64,000 nt of DNA from Octopus sinensis (GCF_006345805.1 NC_043011.1:54510464-54574463); one strand, 5' to 3'. Numbered from the stretch's first letter, positions 37,810 through 51,255 are shown. Made by a program: numbers and translations. Notes: generated by a model from the letters alone, not told the origin.

Positions 37810-38180
37810 TTTGTCACAAGGCAAGTAATTCTGGGGGAGGGAAGTAAGTCAATTACATTGACCCCAGTGTGTAACTGGTACTTAATTTATAGACCCCGAA
37901 AGGATGAAAGGCAAAGTCGACCTTGGCAGAATTTGAACTCACAACATAACGGCAGACGAAATACTTATTTCTTTACTACCCACAAGGGGCTAAACACAGA
38001 GAGGACAAACAAGGACAGACAAACGGATTAAGTCGATTATATCAACCCCAGTGCGTAACTGGTACTTATTTAATTGACCCTGAAAGGATGAAAGGCAAAG
38101 TTGATTTCGGCAGAATTTGAACTCAGAACGTAACGGTAGACGAAATACCTCAAAGCATTTCGCCCGGTATGCTAACGTAA
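37810..38180 (-). mobile_element. Two tandem or nested SINE family 2 copies
   Basis: The central motif appears twice, with different tail types. Confidence 0.8.
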
Positions 38181-38892
38181 TGCTGGTAACGGAAGAAGGC
38201 CTGAAGGAAAAAATGTTTTTGTTCCTTTATTTGAAGTAGGGGGCTGCCTTAGAATATATATTCTATTGCTCCGTTGATAGAATTTTATAGTTTAAGAGCA
38301 ACCCAAAACATGGTAGCACTGTTTTATGTTGAAATTGTCGTCTTTTTCGAGCTTACCAGAAACATAGACATGCCTATAGCTGGATACTAAGCATTTTTCC
38401 CCAGTGTGCTAATGATTCTGCCAGCTCGCTGCCTTCTTTATAATAATAATAATAATAATAATGCCATCATGTATTCTTATTTCTTGCAAGCTGGAATATA
38501 CCAAACCTCTATATCTTTTTTTTCCCATAATCATTCACACACACACACACACACAAACACGTAAACAGAAAGGATTTGCAATTAAAATACTTGCATATCA
38601 TATCCCATGTTTATTATATGCAGGAAAGGCTGCAACTTTAGACTTGATAACAGTTAACCTATTTACAGCAGAATATAAAATTAGAAAAGTAGATCTATGT
38701 CAAAAGTGTTACCAACTGCTGACAGAACAAGTATCTGTTAGCAAAAAGATCCATGCAAATAATACTGAAGGGGTGTCGGCAATAACACAGGACTTGGAAT
38801 GGCTTCTGACAGACACAGTGAGTTTTATCAGAGGCAGTTGTTCTAAAAAACATATTTTCTCTCTTTCATCTTTTACTTGTTTTGATCACTTG

Positions 38893-39295
38893 ATTGTGGC
38901 CATCCTGGGGTACTGCCTTAGAATTTTAGGTCAATGTATCGACCTGTGGCAATTCTGGGGTACTACCTTACAATTTTAGTTGAATGTATCGACCTGTGGC
39001 CATCCTGGGGTACTGCCTAAGAATTTTAGTTGAATGTATAGATCTGTGGCCATCTGGGGTACTGCCTTACAACTTTAGTTGAATGTATTGACCTGTGGCC
39101 ATCCTGGGGTACTGCCTAAGAATTTTAGGTCAATGTATCGACCTGTGGCAATCCTGGGGTACTACCTTACAATTTTAGTTGAATGTATCGACCTGTGGCC
39201 ATCCTGGGGTACTGCCTAAGAATTTTAGGTCAATGTATCGACCTGTGGCAATCCTGGGGTACTGCCTTGGAATTTTAGTTGAATGTATCGACCCC
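38893..39295. repeat. 50-bp minisatellite (8 units) inside a SINE family 1 tail
   Basis: TGTGGCCATCCTGGGGTACTGCCTTAGAATTTTAGGTCAATGTATCGACC variants; the SINE sequence resumes at 39295. Confidence 0.9.
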
Positions 39296-39579
39296 AGTAC
39301 CAATTGTTTTTAAGCATGGTACTTACTCTATCGATCTCTTTTGCTGAAGAGCTAAGTTACTGGGACATAAGCAACACACCAGCACCAGTTATCAAGGATG
39401 CACATACAATGGGGTTTTTTCAGTTTCCATCTACCAAATGTACTGACAAGATTTTGATTGATTGAGCCAAGGCTATAGTAGAAGACACTTGCACAAGGTG
39501 TCACGCAGTGGGACTGAACCCGGAACCATGTGGTTGGGAAGCAAGCTCCTTACCACACAGCCATGCCTGTGTCTATACA

Positions 39580-40085
39580 TATGTATACACGCATGTATGT
39601 GTATATATGTACATATGTATGTATGTTTGTATGTATGTACATATGTATGTATGTTTGTATGTATGTATGTATGTATGTATACATGTATGTATGCAAGCAT
39701 GTACGTATGTATGTATCTATGTATGCACATATGTATATATGTATGTATGCATGTATGTATATATGTACATATATATGCATGCATGTACATATGTATGCAT
39801 GCATGTATGCATGTATGGGTGTATGCATGTACGTATGTATGTATGCATGCATGTATGTATATATGTATGCATGCATGTATGCATGTATGCATGCATGCAT
39901 GTATGTATGCATGTATGTATGCATATATGTATGTATGCATGTATGTATGCATGTATGTATGTATGTATGCATATATGTATGTATGCATGTATGTATGTAT
40001 GTATGCATGTATGTATGCATATATGTATGTATGCATGTATGTATGTATGTATGCATGCATGCACGTATATATGTATGTATATACA
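39580..40085. repeat. Compound (ATGT)n/(ATGC)n microsatellite
   Basis: Direct reading. Confidence 0.95.
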
Positions 40086-40866
40086 ACTGGTTAACAGTTG
40101 ATTTCCTTTATAGATAGACAGAGTGACAAAGGAGGCCAAACATAGCTTCAAATCCAAATTGGAACCAGTTTGTTTCTTTGCACAGCAGTTATATATTCAG
40201 GAATGGCATCAATGCCACAGATTCTCTTGTTAATCTCTTCTTAGAATTACGCATCCTCCCTGTCAACTGATTCAGTTTGCAGCAACAACTTGGAGAAACT
40301 GGTTATGACTACATCAACCCAAAGACTTCTTGTGGTTTTTGCGGTGGAATGAAATGGTGGGGGGGGGGGTTCAGGAATGTACAGTTTGTTATTTTCATTA
40401 CAGTTTTAGGCCAAACCTAGATTTCATAAACAGGGAAAGGCACAAATGGAAATTCCCTCAATACTAATAACGGGCAGTTAAAGGTTTTGTTTAATCTAAA
40501 AATCCTAACTGATAAAGAAACTCTCCTCCTTGCACCCCACTCACCCTCACCCCTACCCCCACCCACCTCTACACCCCCACCCCACCCCCCACACATACAG
40601 AGCCATCATAACATGAGTAACAGCCAATCAATTTTCTATTTATTTGTGTCATATAGATTACTCACAGAAATCCATTTAAATGATTAGCCCACTTCTGATG
40701 CTCGCTCACCCACCCAGATGCAAGTATGATTGGTATTTAGTACACATCAAAATTAATATCATTACACAATTAGTGGAAACAAAGAAATGGAGGGAGGTGT
40801 ACTGCAACAGAACTAATGTAACAGTTTCATTTGAGCACAGTTGCTGTTAACACTGGATAATGGCTG

Positions 40867-40922
<56 letters not shown>

Positions 40923-41057
40923 ACTATGTATAAAGAAACCCCAACAACCCAAGTACTAATTGTCTTTAAGCCTGGTACTTATTTTATCGATCTCTTTTGC
41001 TGAAGAGTTAAGTTACTGGGACAAGCAACACACCAGCACCAGTTGTCAAGTGTAAAT

Positions 41058-41330
41058 ATCATCATCATCATTGTTTAATGTCCACTTTCCATGCTAGCAT
41101 GGGTTGGACGATTTGACTGAGGACTGGTGAGCCAGATGGCTGCACCAGGCTCCAATCTGATCTGGCAGTTTCTACAGCTGGATGCCCTTCCTAACACCAA
41201 CCACTCCGAGAGTGCAGTGGGTGCTTTTATGTACCAGCGGCACGAGGGCTAGTCAGGTGGTACTGGCAACAGCCACGCTTGAAAATGGTGTTTTTTACGT
41301 GCCACCTGCACAAATATGCACACACCACTT
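41058..41330 (-). mobile_element. RTE 3' UTR copy
   Basis: (CAT)n followed by the reverse-complement tail. Confidence 0.85.
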
Positions 41331-41721
41331 TTTTTAATGAAGAGCATAAAACAACTCACTAGTTGTGGGTCTATTATAAGATGTACCCAGTACACTCTGT
41401 GGGGTAGTTGATGCAACAATGGAGACAACATAGATTGATGAATGAAAGGAAACAACATAGGTAGGTAAACAAGTGGAGACACCATGGGACAGGGAGTGAG
41501 CAGAGACAACATAAGTTGATGAATGAATGGCTGAGAAAGCTCTTTAGCCTTGCTGCAGAAAGGCAACCTCTCTGGTACTGGTGCCATGAAAAAATACACC
41601 CTATTATTAACCCTTTGAGCTGGCAGAAACGTTAGCACGCCGGGCGAAATGCTTAGCGGTATTTCGTCTGCCGTTGTTCTGAGTTCAAATTCTCTAACCA
41701 CTGCGCTATGCACCTTCACTT

Positions 41722-42020
41722 GAGCATAGATTATAATAATGTATCATCATCGTTTAACATCTGATTTCTATGGGTTGGATGATTTGACTGAGGTCTGGTG
41801 AACCAGATGGCTGCACCAGACTCCAATCTGATCTGGCAGATCAGTTTCTACAGCTGGATGCCCTTCCTAATGCCAACCACTCTGAGAGTGTAGTGGGTGC
41901 TTTTTCATGCCACCGGCACGAGGGCCAGTCAGGCGGTACTGGCAACGGCCACACTCAAATGGTGCTTTTTATGTGCCACCTGCACAGGAGCCAGTCCAGC
42001 GGCACTGGCAACGACCTCGC
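41722..42020 (-). mobile_element. RTE 3' UTR copy
   Basis: (CAT)n followed by the reverse-complement tail. Confidence 0.85.
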
Positions 42021-42139
42021 GGTAATCCAGTCGACTGTCACTCTCTGGAGTTTCTCTTACAACTAGTGAACTCATTAGACAAAATAACTAGAAGGGAAGA
42101 CAAGAGTATAAGGTTATATGATGAACAACAAGTGAGCAT

Positions 42140-42460
42140 GTGAGGCATGGCCTAGACACCACAGGCTTTCCTTCCCAGCTTGAGCCAGCAGGGCTAGACT
42201 GAGAGGACGGTAAAAGGCCTGATGGTATGACAATTTTGTGGTTCCCGTAGTGGCAGACACCTCATTTGGAATACCACATGCTGTGACGTTAGCTCCATAG
42301 GCAACTTGGTGTGTTCAGCCCAGGTTCTGCTGTCAAGGTATCAGTTGCCCCCTGACAAGCTCATGGTTGAGCCTGTGACAGTGAAAACCTCCAGCATCCT
42401 TGACACCCCTTCCAGACAATATCCCTGCTCACTGCCACTGGGGTAGTGATGGCTGTCAGC
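42140..42460 (+). mobile_element. Decayed CRE-like non-LTR retrotransposon endonuclease fragment
   Basis: EPAGLD*EDGKRPDGMTI then LIWNTTCCD (frameshifted) resembles the DGKRPDGxTxxPWxxGxxLxWDxT RLE motif. Confidence 0.6.
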
Positions 42461-42837
42461 AAGTGTAAAAAAAAAAACCTTCTTGAGTCATGCCAGCCTC
42501 ATTAGAGCCGGTTTCCCATGTAAATTTCCCACCTGGATGGGACACATGTCTATAACAGGATTACTCACTTTTGCCAGCTGAGTGGACTGGTGCACTGTGA
42601 AATGAAGTGCTTTGCTCAAGAACACAACGTGTCACCTAGTTCAGGAATCGAAACCACAATCTTATGATTGTGAGGTCAACACTCTACCCACTAAGCCATG
42701 TGCCTCCACTGTCCACAAGTCTGAGCCCTATGAGTCAGAGTGATGGTTCCAGTGCATCTCCCTCACCATCCACACAGCAATGCCTTTTCCATTTTGTTTC
42801 CTGGGACCATGAGATAATCTGACTTACAAGAATTTCC

Positions 42838-42984
42838 ATGTTCCACTCCATAAATGGAAGTTACTCTATATATATATATATCATCATCATCATCATCATT
42901 TAGCGTCCGTTCTCCATGCTAAATGATGATGATGATGATGATATATATATATATAGAGTAACTTCCATTTATGGAGTGGAACAT
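42838..42984. repeat. Perfect 67-bp fold-back duplication of flanking DNA
   Basis: 42838-42904 is the exact reverse complement of 42918-42984, with a 13-nt loop and identical (TA)7 and (CAT)6 counts. Confidence 0.92.
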
Positions 42985-43184
42985 ATTTATTTTATAGAAG
43001 GGGCTTCTACAGGACTAGAACTGTTTCATTCAAATGAAATCATCAGGAAGCTTCCTGATTATTTCTTTTGAATGAAACAGTTCTAATCCTGTAGAAGCTC
43101 CTTCTATAAAATAAATTAATTTACTCTGCTATGTATTGAGTACCTTATTTACTGTGGTTAACCCCGACTCAACCCAGGACCTAC
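42985..43184. mobile_element. Family A Penelope-like/retrozyme-like element, second copy
   Basis: 66-bp palindromic arms centred on AAGCTT (43048-43053); same tail ending GGACCTAC, then (TA)n. Confidence 0.7.
43003..43051 (-). ncRNA. Type I hammerhead ribozyme motif (family A)
   Basis: GCTTC-CTGATGA-TTTC ATTT GAAT-GAA-ACAG TTCTAGTC CTGT-A-GAAGC. Confidence 0.7.
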
Positions 43185-43188
43185 ATAT

Positions 43189-43270
<82 letters not shown>

Positions 43271-43972
43271 TATGGTTGGTCCACTATTTGCCAGTATTCC
43301 AATACAAAACAAGACAGACTTTTACTCAGGACAAAGCAGAAAAACAAAAGAAAATCCTAGGAGAGATAAAAGGGGTGGAAAAAGATGGTAGCTGGGTACC
43401 AATGTCATTTCTAGTCTCAGGAATTCAGAACTACTTCGACTAAAAAAGCCAGCAAAGCAGACATGACTGAAGCAGTGAACCAAGTCAAACCTATGTCCCG
43501 TAGAATAGTGAAATGGTGAAAGAGAGCTGGCATGGAAAGAAGGAAGGATGGGGACATAAATTACAATGCCAGGAGACCTGCCAGAGTCAAAGAGCAAAGC
43601 ATAAAAATTCAAATAAGAGAATGTAATACCAGAACCATGCTAACCGATATTCAGATTTTTGATGTTGATTGCTCACTTCAATGCTCTGCAGTTCACAAGT
43701 TTCTTTGCTTTCACTGAATAGCAACTGCCTGCTTTGGCATCCAATGTTTGGAAAGCAGACACACACACACACACACACATACATACACACACATTTAGAT
43801 ACATACACACATGTGTGTGTGTGTGTGTGTGGACTCCTGCATAAAACTATATGTATATGTCTGTATGTATGTATGTGTGAGTATATACGTGTGTGTGTGT
43901 GTACATATATGTAAGATATATATATATATATATATATATGTGTGTTTGTGTATGTATATATATATATGTACA

Positions 43973-45186
43973 TACAGGGGTTGGACAAAATAATGGAAAC
44001 ACCTAGCATCACAGCATCGTAATTTTGAAATATCTATAAAACCATCAAAAGCTTGTTTATTTTTATGTTTTTTGATATATTATTAGTGTTGCTTAATATG
44101 TTTTACTAAAATTGCTGTTTATTTTCAGATATCATCAGAAAAAGGTAATTAAAATTTGTTGAAATGACAGATCTGTCGGACTTTTAAAGGGGTCAAATTG
44201 TTGGTGCTCATATGGCAGGTGCTAGCGGAACAAAAACAGCCGAAATGTTTGGTATATCTAGAAGTACTGTCTTGAAAGTAATGACGGCCTTTGAGGAAGA
44301 GGGAAAAACCTCCTCATCGAAACAAAGCTCCAGAAGTAAACCAAATCTTTCAGATAGGGACCAGCAGACTTTTATGCAAAGTGTTAGAAAGGATAAGTTA
44401 AGTTAAATTAAGTTAATTTTTTGGCTCAAAAAGCAAAAAGCAAGGCCATGTAGGGGGACATGGAGTTATGTACAGGGTGGTGTTCATGCAAAGAGTTCAG
44501 GCCATTTGTGGTCAAGGGAGACTTTGAACCGAGCGGTCGTCGGCATCTTCACTATCTCGTCCGGCAGCTTATTCCACGGAACTGCAATCTGGACAGAGAA
44601 AGCCCCTCTCCTTCAATTGAGATGAAATTGTCGCAGATAACAAAAGTACAGCTCCCAAAATTACTGCAGAGCTTAATGACCACCCCAAGAACCCAGTTTC
44701 CACAAAAAACTGTTCTCTGGGAGCTGCACAAAGCCAGATTTCAAGGGAGAGCTGCAATCACAAACCCACTACTTTCAAAAACAAACATTGCAAAGCATTT
44801 AGAGTGGAGTAAAAACCTACAGAATTGGTCCCTAGAGCAATGGCAGAACCTTATTTTCTCGGACGAGTCATCCTTTACCTTATTTCCAATCACTGGCCAA
44901 GTATACGCGTGGAGACAGCCAAAAGAAGCATTTGACCAAGACTGCCTTCTTCCAACTGTTAAACATGGAGGAGGATCTGTGATGATATGGGTGGGGTGGG
45001 GGTATATCTTGGAAATCCACCGGCCCAATGGTTTCCCTTCATGGCAGAATTAATGGTGAAGATTATTTAAGCATTTTATCGGATCAAATTCATCCTATGG
45101 TTGCGGAACTGTTTCCGGTGGGGAAACGTAGTTTTTCAGGATGATGATGCACCAATTCACACAGCTAAAGTTATTACTGAATGGCT
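43973..45186 (+). mobile_element. Tc1-like transposon, 3'-truncated and decayed
   Basis: TA-CAGGGGTTGGACAAAATAATGGAAACACC left end. Transposase pieces GQIVGAHMAG, IFSDES, VKHGGGSVMIW and FQDDDAPIHT. No right TIR seen. Confidence 0.88.
44397..44635 (-). mobile_element. 5'-truncated CR1-type LINE inserted in the Tc1
   Basis: Minus translation GAFSVQIAVPWNKLPDEIV...FKVSLDHKWPELFA*; (TAACT)-like tail; GATAA TSD at 44392-44396 and 44636-44640. Confidence 0.75.
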
Positions 45187-45860
45187 GGGTGCATTTTATG
45201 TGGCACCAACACCCACAAGCCCACGAGATTAGGACTGCTCAGCCGGAAAAGGATGCAGGGGACATGCTTGTATGCAAGGGCAACCATGATTTATATAATA
45301 TCAATGTACGCACTATCATATACTTAAAGGGGACACATTCAGTTACTCCTTAGTTGAGTAGATGTAAGCTTATTTTCAATATGTAAAAAGTTCTTAATTA
45401 ATTCTGGTGATTACTTTACTTTGGAGATTAGTACTGGATTAGTCAAAGATTAACCGATTAACTGATGCATGGATTAAACTCACCCCATCTGATTACCCTC
45501 TTTCCTCTCTCCCTTTCTCTCTCTCCCTCTCTCTCTCTTTCTCTCTCTCTCTTTATGAAGAAATATGTCTCAGTTATATAACTGAATTTACAGAGAGAAA
45601 AAGATTCAAAATTAGTCAAAGATTATCGTAATATCACACTTTTCTATAGTTAATCAATCAATTTGCTAATAGGTGCACGTGCGTGTGTGGGTGTGTATCT
45701 ATCATCATCATCATCATGTCCGTTTTCCATACTGACCTGGGTTGGACGGTTCGACTGGGGTCTGGCAAGCCAGGAGGCCACACCAGGCTCCAGTCTGATC
45801 TGGCAAAAGTTTCAACAGCTGGATGCCCTTCCTAATGCCAACCACTCTGAATGTGTAGAG

Positions 45861-46061
45861 CAGTGGTTTTCAACCAGGGTTCCGGCAGTACAGTCCAGGG
45901 GTTCCGCAAGAAGTTACACAACTGCTAAAATCGGCAGTAATTTTTAATTCTCCTGTGCAGATATGTGTGCATAAGACTATTAAATTATTGCACAGAGCTT
46001 CCTCGAGCCAGTGGAATGTTTCCTTGGGGTTCCACTCCAGCAAAATGTTTGAAAAGCACTG
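45861..46061. mobile_element. hAT (Charlie-like) MITE inserted in an RTE 3' UTR copy
   Basis: TIRs CAGTGGTTTTCAA / TTGAAAAGCACTG; 8-bp TSD GTGTAGAG at 45853-45860 and 46062-46069. Confidence 0.88.
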
Positions 46062-46696
46062 GTGTAGAGGGTGCTTTTTCCATGCCACTGGTGTAGAGGG
46101 TGCTTTTTCCATGCCACTGGCACAGGGGCCAGAGGGGACTGGCAATGACAACAATCAGTTAGTGCTTTTTACATGCCATCAGCATAGAAGCCAGTCAAGA
46201 CAGCGCTGGCATCAGACACGTTTGGCTGGTGCCTTTTACATGCCACTGGCACAGGGATTAAAACTACAATTTCCATTTGACTTTGGTTTTGATGTACTTG
46301 ATTCAATAGGTCTCCTGAAGCACAGCCCTATGACCCAAGGTACTTTTGAGTGGGCTGGTTATGTGACACTGGTGTAGGTTACAGCTGTGAACTCTACTTG
46401 TCAGGTCTTTTCAGTCACAGCATATCTCCGGAAGTCTCTCTCTCTCTGTATATATATATATATACATATATATATATGGGCCAACCAAAGCCTTGTGAGT
46501 GGATTTGGTAGTTGGAAACTAAAAGAAGCCCGTCATATATATGTATATATATATCACCATGATCACCATGACCGACCAGGCTATCAGATGTTGCTACACA
46601 TCGCTGGTCACAATGCGCTTCGCATTGTTTTAGCCTTCAAATGACGCGACCCCGCTGGCCAAGCGAGCAGGCCAGTATATATATATATATATATAT

Positions 46697-46868
46697 AGGC
46701 GCAGTAGTGGCTGTGTGGTAAGTAGCTTGTTTACCAACCACATGGTTCCAGGTTCAGTCCCACTGCATGGCACCTTGGGCAAGTGTCTTCTGCTAGAGCC
46801 TCAGGCCGACCAAAGCCTTGTGAGTAGATTTGGCAGACGGAAACTGAAAGAAGCCCGTCGTATATATG

Positions 46869-46903
<35 letters not shown>

Positions 46904-47115
46904 ATATGTTTGTGTGTCTGTGTTTGTCCCCTTAACATCACTTGACAACCAATGTTGGTGTGTTACATCCCCATAACTTAGCAGTTCGGCAAAAGAGACT
47001 GATAGAATAAGTACTAGGCTTACAAAGAATAAGTCCTGGAGGTCGATGTGCTCGACTAAAGGCGGTGCTCCAGCATGGCTGCAGTCAAATGACTGAAACA
47101 AATAAAAGAATAAAA
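46697..47115 (+). mobile_element. SINE family 1, full length
   Basis: Matches 459-863. Confidence 0.88.
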
Positions 47116-47699
47116 GGTCATATACGAATGTGTGTATACCTGTTTGTATGTTCAAGTATGTATGTATGTGTTTGTTTTTATGAATGTATGTGTATTTTCA
47201 TGCTTGTGTTATCCACCACCACCACCACCACCACTACCATCATGGATCAGTTCTGTTATGTAAGTAAAAAGTACGTTGAGTGGACAGGGAAAGTCATCAG
47301 GTGGCAGGTTGAGATCTTCACCTGCTAGAAATAACAGCTCTCTTTAAAAAAACGAACAGTCATTAAATAGCGTGGTCCAAGTTTGCTTTTACAAGAAGTG
47401 ACAGCATTATAAATTTGCTGGGTGTTTCAGTGATTTGCAAATTCCTGTTCTCTGCCTTCAGAGTTAGCCTCTCATTTGGTGACCATCACCATGGAACTTT
47501 TAGCCACTTTATATTCCAGAATACAAGTCAGATTTTTCAGTGGTAGGTCAACTGATACACCAAGACAGCTTTGGAGGACTAAAACTTCCATGTGAAATGC
47601 AACATGGTTTGGTAAGATAGTGACGATGTTTGAATGTTTATGCTACATGTTTACATTGTGTTCACTTATATGCCAGAAAATATAGTGGCACATGAAAAA

Positions 47700-47998
47700 A
47701 CATTCGAGCGAGGTTGTTGCCGGTGCCAATGGACTGGCTCCTGTGCAGGTGGCACATAAAAAACACTATTTGAGCATGGCCGTTGCTAGTACTGCCTGAC
47801 TGGCCCTCATGTCGGTGGCACATAAAAAGCACCAACTACACTCTTGGAGTGGTTGGCGTTAGGAAGGGCATCCAGCTGTAGAAACTCTGCCAGATCAAGA
47901 CTGGAGCCTGGTGCAGCCATCTGGTTCGCCAGTCCTCAGTCAAATCGTCCAACCCATGCCAGCATGGAAAGCGGACGTTAAACGATGATGATGATGAT
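47700..47998 (+). mobile_element. RTE 3' UTR copy
   Basis: Standard tail with (GAT)n. Confidence 0.85.
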
Positions 47999-48619
47999 AA
48001 TGTGTGGTAAGAAGCTTGCTTCCCAACCACATGGTTCCAGGTTCAGTCCCATTGTATAACACCTTGGGCAAGTGTCTTCTACTATAGCATCGGGCCAACC
48101 AAAGCCATGTGAGTGGATTTGATAGACAGAAACTGAAAGAAGCCCATTGTATATATATATATACACGTGTGTGAGTGTGTGGTTATGTTTGTCCTTGTCC
48201 CCTGCCACTGTTTGATCACAAGCGTTGGTTGGTTTATATATCCATAACTTAGCAGCTTGGCAAAAGGGATCAACAGAATAAGTACCAAGCTTAAGCGCAA
48301 AAAATCTGCACTGGGGCTAATTTGCACAGCTAAACTCTTCGAGGCGGTTCCCCAGCATGGCCCCGATCCAATGACGGAAACAAGCAAAAGACAAATGATA
48401 AAAACCAAATTGTATCTGCAACTAGGATCAGAAGATTGGCAATCAGCGCAATGCGGTGGCGCCACGGGTCAATTCTGCTACAGAACAGATCAAATTATGG
48501 GAAACTAAGTACTGTCCAAGATCAATGGAAGCAGTAAATAAATTCCGAGGAGAACTAAACAGTCATGAATCAACAGAAAGTAAAATATTGATAAACGAGC
48601 AACAAGTATTTTACAGTAC

Positions 48620-48824
48620 AAACCACACACTTACACACACACATGCGCACAGATACACACACACACACACATATATATACATACACACACACACATGCAC
48701 ACACAAATCGCTTTCTCACTTATAGACATATGCAAATATGAAAGTGTATACATTTACATATACATACACATATATCACATACACGCGTGTACAGCTATAG
48801 CCATTCAGAAACGTGTAAGTGCAT

Positions 48825-48907
<83 letters not shown>

Positions 48908-49260
48908 GACACACACACACATTCACGCACAGATATAGATACACACACACAAACACGAATGTGTAAACACACACATACGCATATTGCACTCATACTTCAT
49001 ACACTCTCCGACAAACACACACACACATACACACACACACATGTAATTTACACACATACACAGATGTAGACATGCACAAACATGTATGTGTATGTGTACA
49101 CACGTACACATTCACACACATAGACACACACACACATCATACACACTCACAAGCACAGACACACACAAAGCAGTAATCAAACATACACAGATACAGGCAC
49201 ACACAAACGTGTATGTATAAACACACACACATACACACACACACACAACACACACACACA

Positions 49261-49296
<36 letters not shown>

Positions 49297-49335
49297 CACA
49301 CAACACACACACCACACACAAACACACACACACAA

Positions 49336-49368
<33 letters not shown>

Positions 49369-49402
49369 CACAAACACACACCACACACAACACACACACA
49401 CA

Positions 49403-49433
<31 letters not shown>

Positions 49434-49500
49434 GCACAAACACACACACAAACACACACACGCACACACACACACACACACACACACGCATACACAGTTC
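48620..49500. repeat. Compound (CA)n microsatellite field
   Basis: Direct reading. Confidence 0.95.
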
Positions 49501-49939
49501 ACTGAATCCAATAATCAGTGCTGACATGATAGCTGTAGATTATATTATCAATAAATCAACGGATTATGAATAGTTTGTAGTTTTACTATTTATAATGCGG
49601 GCCCCAGGGTGGTAGGATTGTGACTGATTAATGTTTACTGCTGACAGATAGTATGTACTGTCACAACAACAACAACAACGATAAAACCAAAATGGCACCG
49701 AATGAAAGAGAGAGATAAGACAGGAAGAGAGTAGGGCAGGAAACAATAAAATGTGTTGAGTTATTTTTGTATTTGGGAAAAGTTCTTTGCGGAAAGGTTT
49801 TCCATGCACTGTTATGGCTTTTTTTTTGTAACCCTAGGAATGGTTCTCAAAGTGAAATGGCAGCAACATATGACAAATGAGTACTTTTATGGAGACCTAG
49901 CAAGAAAATCAGGTAAAGACGACTGTGACTGTCTGGTTG

Positions 49940-50270
49940 TTGTGTGCACCACCCTGGATCAGAAGCATCCAAATTGGTCTTGTTTGCTCCTTCTTGAGCC
50001 ATGCCTGGCTCATAAGGGCTGGTTTCCCGGTTTCCTTGGCATATAGATACCCCACCTGGACGGGATGCCGGTCCGTCGCAGGTGAGCTGCAAGATGCAGG
50101 AGGAGAGAGTGAGAGAAAGAGTCAGCAGAAGTTCGCCATTACCTTCTGCCAGAGCCATGTGGAGCTTAGGTGTTTCACTCATAAACACACACATCGCCTG
50201 GTCTGAAATTTGAACCCGCAATCCCTTGACCATGAGTCCGCTGCTCTAACCACTAGGCCATGTGCCTCCA
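49940..50270 (-). mobile_element. SINE family 3-related, tail type c
   Basis: Minus head GTGGAGGCACATGGCCTAGTGGTTAG; centre CTGCGACGGACCGGCATCCCGTCCAGG. Confidence 0.7.
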
Positions 50271-50314
50271 CAAATTAGTCTTGTGGAGCCCGCTTAAGTG
50301 TGGTGTTACCGTGA

Positions 50315-50605
50315 TCAATGTGACCGACCAGGCTATCAGATGTTGCTACACATCGCTGGTCACAATGCACTTCGCATTGTTTTTAGCCTTCAAATGACGC
50401 CACCCCACTGGCTAAGCGAGCAGGCCAACAGAAGAAAGAGTGGGAGAAAGTTGTGGTGAAAGAGTACAGCAGGGATCGCCACCAACCCCTGCCAGAGCCT
50501 CATGGAGCTTTAGGTATTTTCACTCAATAAACACTCACAATGCTCGGTCTGGGAATCGAAACCGCAATCCTACAACCGCGAGTCCGCTGCCCTAACCACT
50601 GAACC
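50315..50605 (-). mobile_element. SINE family 3, tail type d
   Basis: Minus head GTGGAGGCGCAATGGTTCAGTGG; the tail also occurs alone at 46560-46675. Confidence 0.75.
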
Positions 50606-50869
50606 ATTGCGCCTCCACAAGTGTGATGTAAAAAGAAGAATTGCAGACACTGGCCTGAAATGTGTCCAAGACCTTGAGACCAAAAGATGCAGAGAGCAAG
50701 ATGAGGCGGGTAAGACACCTTGGTCATCTGCTTCACACATCTCCATCCCCAATTGTCTTGATCTGGTCTGGCCACTGGATAGAAGACTGTCACAGATGAC
50801 TGAATGAGGTTCACAGTGCACCACTCTTCTTCACTTTAAACAAAGTCATTGAACAAGTCATCAGTCATC

Positions 50870-51255
50870 TGGAGGCGCAATGGCCCAGTGGTTAGGGCAG
50901 CGGACTCGCGGTCATAGGATCGCGGTTTCGATTCCCAGACCGGGCGTTGTGAGTGTTTATTGAGCAAAAACACCTAAAAGCTCCACGAGGCTCCGGCAGA
51001 GGATGGTGGTAATCCCTGCTGTACTCTTTCACCACAACTTTCTCTCACTCTTACTTCCTGTTTCTGTTGTACCTGTATTTCAAGGGGCCAGCTTTGTCAC
51101 TCTCTGTGTCACGCTGAATATCCCCGAGAACTACGTTAAGGGTGCACATGTCTGTGGAGTGCTCAGCCACTTACACGTTAATTTCACAAGCAGGCTGTTC
51201 CGTTGATTCGGATCAACCGGAACCCTCATCGTCGTAACCGACGGTGTGCTTCCCC
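50870..51255 (+). mobile_element. SINE family 3, tail type b
   Basis: 11-bp TSD CATCAGTCATC at 50859-50869 and 51256-51266. Confidence 0.9.

Noticed and set aside
38893-39295. CRISPR-like regular repeats (also 895-1120, 6990-7570, 62079-62504)
   Set aside because: These are head-to-tail tandem units with no unique spacers, no cas genes, and a eukaryotic context.
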